64,000 nt of DNA, from positions 8,099 through 72,098 of the forward strand of contig JACQYL010000001.1 in NCBI GenBank assembly GCA_016208165.1. The letters run 5' to 3'. Shown here in pieces: positions 61,498 through 64,000 of this stretch; positions within the stretch are counted from its first letter, which is position 1; the number at the start of each line of letters is the position of its first letter. The position numbers and the translations under genes were made by a program. Source of the stretch: Deltaproteobacteria bacterium (GTDB lineage Bacteria; Desulfobacterota; Desulfarculia; JACQYL01). A model generated the notes under the pieces. It was given only the letters and a program-made list of their open reading frames with translations, was not told where the DNA came from and did no database searches.

Positions 61498-61938
61498 CTA
61501 ATAATCGTTTTCCGCCTCGGCTAAGCTTTGAAACAGCTCCGGGTACTGTTGGGCCCACTGAACAAAAAGAGCGAAATTAACGTAATCTCTGTAATAGACC
61601 ACGAGATCGTCTTGAAAGCGTACGAGCGTGCTACCCGGAACCGTCGCTTCCACACCGTTGTTGAATACCCCTCTCGCCTCCCATTCAACGAAAACCTGGT
61701 TGTCTTCCTGAACCGAGTTCATCACAAGATTCGGGGGAATGGTTTCGGCTTTCCAGATCAAGCGGGCCAGCTTGTTTCCTTTCCGAAGAAGTTGAAGAAC
61801 TTCTTTTCTCCCGAAGGTGGTAAGGTTATTTGCGTCCACGTAGGTCACGTCTTCGGTGAAGATTTCCTCCAGGCGAGCCCAGTTTGCATCCGGCAGCCAC
61901 TGCTCAAGAAAACGCTGAACGATTTCTTTCAACTGCAT
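61498..61938 (-). CDS. NTF2/SnoaL-like fold protein
   Basis: MQLKEIVQRFLEQWLPDANWARLEEIFTEDVTYVD...VFVEWEARGVFNNGVEATVPGSTLVRFQDDLVVYYRDY is the SnoaL-like pattern. Confidence 0.6.
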   Translation of the reverse strand: MQLKEIVQRFLEQWLPDANWARLEEIFTEDVTYVDANNLTTFGRKEVLQLLRKGNKLARLIWKAETIPPNLVMNSVQEDNQVFVEWEARGVFNNGVEATVPGSTLVRFQDDLVVYYRDYVNFALFVQWAQQYPELFQSLAEAENDY

Positions 61939-62077
61939 GTATGGTTCGCCTTTGAAAAGGAACAAAGTGCTTGTTTTGAAGGAAATCCTGCCTCGGGCTC
62001 GCAGCAGAATGAAGGATTCTTGATCACCGCCTCGGCTGCGTTCCCTTCAATGGTTCGATAACAAGAAGCACTCGCGT

Positions 62078-62169
62078 CTCGGTTCCCCCCATCGGGCGAA
62101 CGTCCAGGTGCTTTACCCTGCGGGAGAGCAGGGAGGGCGGGTTGGACGCGCCCGATGGGGGGAACCGAG
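62078..62169. repeat. Perfect 21-bp inverted repeat enclosing a 50-nt spacer that has its own hairpin
   Basis: CTCGGTTCCCCCCATCGGGCG (62078-62098) and CGCCCGATGGGGGGAACCGAG (62149-62169). The spacer contains CCCTGC-GGGAGA-GCAGGG. The element lies just downstream of the mutase B12-subunit gene on the minus strand. Confidence 0.6.
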
Positions 62170-62178
62170 ATTCCGGAT

Positions 62179-62580
62179 CTAGGAACTTTTCACGCGAGAT
62201 TGAATGTATTGGACAATTTCGGAGGTATACGTTCCCGGACCAAATATTCTGTCTATGCCTTTACTCAAGAGGCCGGGAATATCTTCCTCTGGGATGATGC
62301 CTCCGCCCAAAACAATAACGTCTTTCATGCCCTTCTCTTCCAGGAGTTCCATGATTCGGGGAAAGAGATAGTCATGAGCGCCTGATAATATGCTCAGCCC
62401 AATCACGTCTACGTCTTCCTGGAGGGCCGTTGTGGCGATTTGTTCGGGAGTCTGACGCAGGCCGGTGTATATTACTTCCATCCCCGCGTCTCGAAGCGCC
62501 GCTGAAATGACTTTGACACCACGGTCATGACCGTCCAGCCCCGGCTTTGCGGTCAAAACCCGGATTTTGCGTTCCGACAC
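62179..62580 (-). CDS. Methylmalonyl-CoA mutase-type cobalamin-binding subunit
   Basis: [43 protein letters not shown]...[10 protein letters not shown] carries the DxHxxG B12-binding motif. Confidence 0.9.
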   Translation of the reverse strand: MSERKIRVLTAKPGLDGHDRGVKVISAALRDAGMEVIYTGLRQTPEQIATTALQEDVDVIGLSILSGAHDYLFPRIMELLEEKGMKDVIVLGGGIIPEEDIPGLLSKGIDRIFGPGTYTSEIVQYIQSRVKSS

Positions 62581-62592
62581 GGACTATTCCTC

Positions 62593-64000
62593 CTATATGA
62601 TCGCGCTAGGCTGGTATTCGCCGAAAACACCCCTCAGAACGTCACAGATCTCGCCCAACGTGGCGTATGCTTTAACGGCATCAAGGATCGGAACCATGAG
62701 GTTTTCGTTCCCACGAGCCGTCTCCTCGAGGTTCTTGAGGGCCGTTGCAGAGGCATTGGAATCGCGTTCCTTCTTTAATTTCGTGAGCTTGGCTATCTGC
62801 CGGTTTCTCACTTCAGGATCCACCCTCAACAGGTTCGAGGGTTTTTCGCTGTCGGTCTGGTAGATGTTCAATCCAACCACGCTTCGATCTCCGGATTCGA
62901 TGGCCTTCTGGTAGCCGTATGCCGCGTTCTGGATCTCTTTCTGGATGAATCCCTGTTCGATGGCTGGGACGGACCCGCCCAACTCGTCGATCCTGTTTAT
63001 ATAGGCTACCGCTCCCTCTTCGATCTTATTGGTCAGCGACTCAATGTAATACGACCCCGCCAAAGGATCTATGGTGTCGGTCACCCCGGTTTCGCAGGCA
63101 ATCAGTTGTTGAGTGCGAAGGGCGATCTGCACCGCTTCCTCGGTGGGTAATGAAAGCGCTTCATCCATGGAGTTGGTGTGCAGGGACTGAGTGCCGCCGA
63201 GCACGGCGCTCATGGCCTGGAAGGCCACCCGCACGATGTTGTTGGGCGGTTGCTGGGCCGTCAGTGTGCAGCCCGCCGTTTGTGTGTGGAAGCGGAGCAT
63301 CATGGAGCGGGGGTCCTTGGCCCCGAAACGCTCTTTCATGATCCTCGCCCAAAGCCTCCGGGCGGCGCGATACTTGGCGATTTCTTCGAGAAAATCCAAG
63401 TGGGAGTTGAAAAAGAACGAAAGCCTGGGTCCGAACTGGTCGACATCGAGCCCGGCATCGATGGCAGCCTGGACATAAGCGATTCCATTCGCCAGTGTGA
63501 ACGCCACCTCTTGGACGGCGGTGGAGCCCGCCTCGCGGATGTGATACCCGCTGATGCTGATGGAGTTCCACTGAGGAATCTGGTCCGAGCAATAAGCAAA
63601 AATGTCCGTGATGATTCTCATGGAGGGACGTGGTGGAAAAATATATGTGCCGCGGGACGAGTACTCTTTCAAAATGTCGTTCTGGATCGTGCCGCGGAGG
63701 TCCGCCTGCGCTACCCCCTGCTTCTCGGCGACCGCGATGTACATGGCCAGAAGCACCGACGCCGGAGAATTGATCGTCATGGATGTGCTCACCTGGCCGA
63801 GGGGAATACCGCTAAAAAGGGTTTCCATGTCCAGCAAGGAATCGATGGCCACACCCACCTTGCCCACCTCTCCCAACGAAAGTTGGTGATCCGAGTCGTA
63901 TCCGATCTGGGTAGGAAGATCGAAAGCCACGGAAAGGCCGGTTTGGCCCTGCCCGAGCAGGAATTTGTACCGCTCGTTGGTTTCTTCGGCGCTGGCGAAT
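62593..64000 (-). CDS. Methylmalonyl-CoA mutase-type catalytic (large) subunit; the 5' end lies beyond the window
   Basis: [35 protein letters not shown]...[26 protein letters not shown]...RFHTQTAG. The reading frame stays open up to position 64000. Confidence 0.9.
   Translation of the reverse strand, partial: FASAEETNERYKFLLGQGQTGLSVAFDLPTQIGYDSDHQLSLGEVGKVGVAIDSLLDMETLFSGIPLGQVSTSMTINSPASVLLAMYIAVAEKQGVAQADLRGTIQNDILKEYSSRGTYIFPPRPSMRIITDIFAYCSDQIPQWNSISISGYHIREAGSTAVQEVAFTLANGIAYVQAAIDAGLDVDQFGPRLSFFFNSHLDFLEEIAKYRAARRLWARIMKERFGAKDPRSMMLRFHTQTAGCTLTAQQPPNNIVRVAFQAMSAVLGGTQSLHTNSMDEALSLPTEEAVQIALRTQQLIACETGVTDTIDPLAGSYYIESLTNKIEEGAVAYINRIDELGGSVPAIEQGFIQKEIQNAAYGYQKAIESGDRSVVGLNIYQTDSEKPSNLLRVDPEVRNRQIAKLTKLKKERDSNASATALKNLEETARGNENLMVPILDAVKAYATLGEICDVLRGVFGEYQPSAII

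Overview
This is a GC-rich 64-kb chromosomal window with about 58 supportable protein genes. I saw no rRNA, tRNA or CRISPR array by eye. The gene content includes an AhbA/B- or NirD-type sirohaem decarboxylase gene next to hemL, a split atpZ-atpI-atpB-atpE cluster followed by rex, moaBC, a split methylmalonyl-CoA mutase, and many PAS, sigma-54 and two-component genes. That mix suggests an anaerobic Deltaproteobacteria-like (Desulfobacterota/Syntrophobacterales-type) genome, but this is inference only. Layout: 0-2.5 kb nnr-acpS-pdxJ (minus strand) and an aldolase; 3.3-9.9 kb a translationally coupled signalling cluster (multi-PAS protein, histidine kinase, response regulator, hybrid kinase); 10-14.3 kb haem, atp and rex genes; 14.5-19.8 kb a sigma-54-driven secreted protein plus a YHS gene, a broken PduO gene, a kinase and a USP; 20.1-21.8 kb a decayed IS1380-like element; 22-31 kb adenylate cyclase, MaoC, GlxA, MFS, moaBC and an acyl-CoA synthetase; 32.4-34.9 kb an M16 peptidase pair; 35.6-38.9 kb an AT-richer three-gene cassette (DUF262 protein, ABC-type/AAA ATPase, unknown protein); 39.2-44.9 kb a hydrolase and an RND pump with a coupled Rieske gene; 45-48 kb a glycosyltransferase / TIGR03032-like / sulfotransferase cluster; 50-52.7 kb a duplicated jelly-roll secreted protein and an AT-rich orphan gene; 52.8-55.4 kb pspF-pspABC; 56-58 kb an MscS channel fused to a cNMP-binding domain; 59.1-61.5 kb a sigma-54-driven pair (a protein with six FliM-N-terminus-like EIDAL motifs, then a FliN-like protein); 62.2-64 kb methylmalonyl-CoA mutase. 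The best candidate for a novel system is the 35.6-38.9 kb cassette, which is bracketed by identical 11-bp repeats and looks like an inserted defence-type module. Its third gene has no family I recognise but carries a RelE/ParE-like C-terminal signature. The second-best candidate is the multi-EIDAL/FliN pair. All family assignments come from reading motifs in the translated ORFs; no database search was run.
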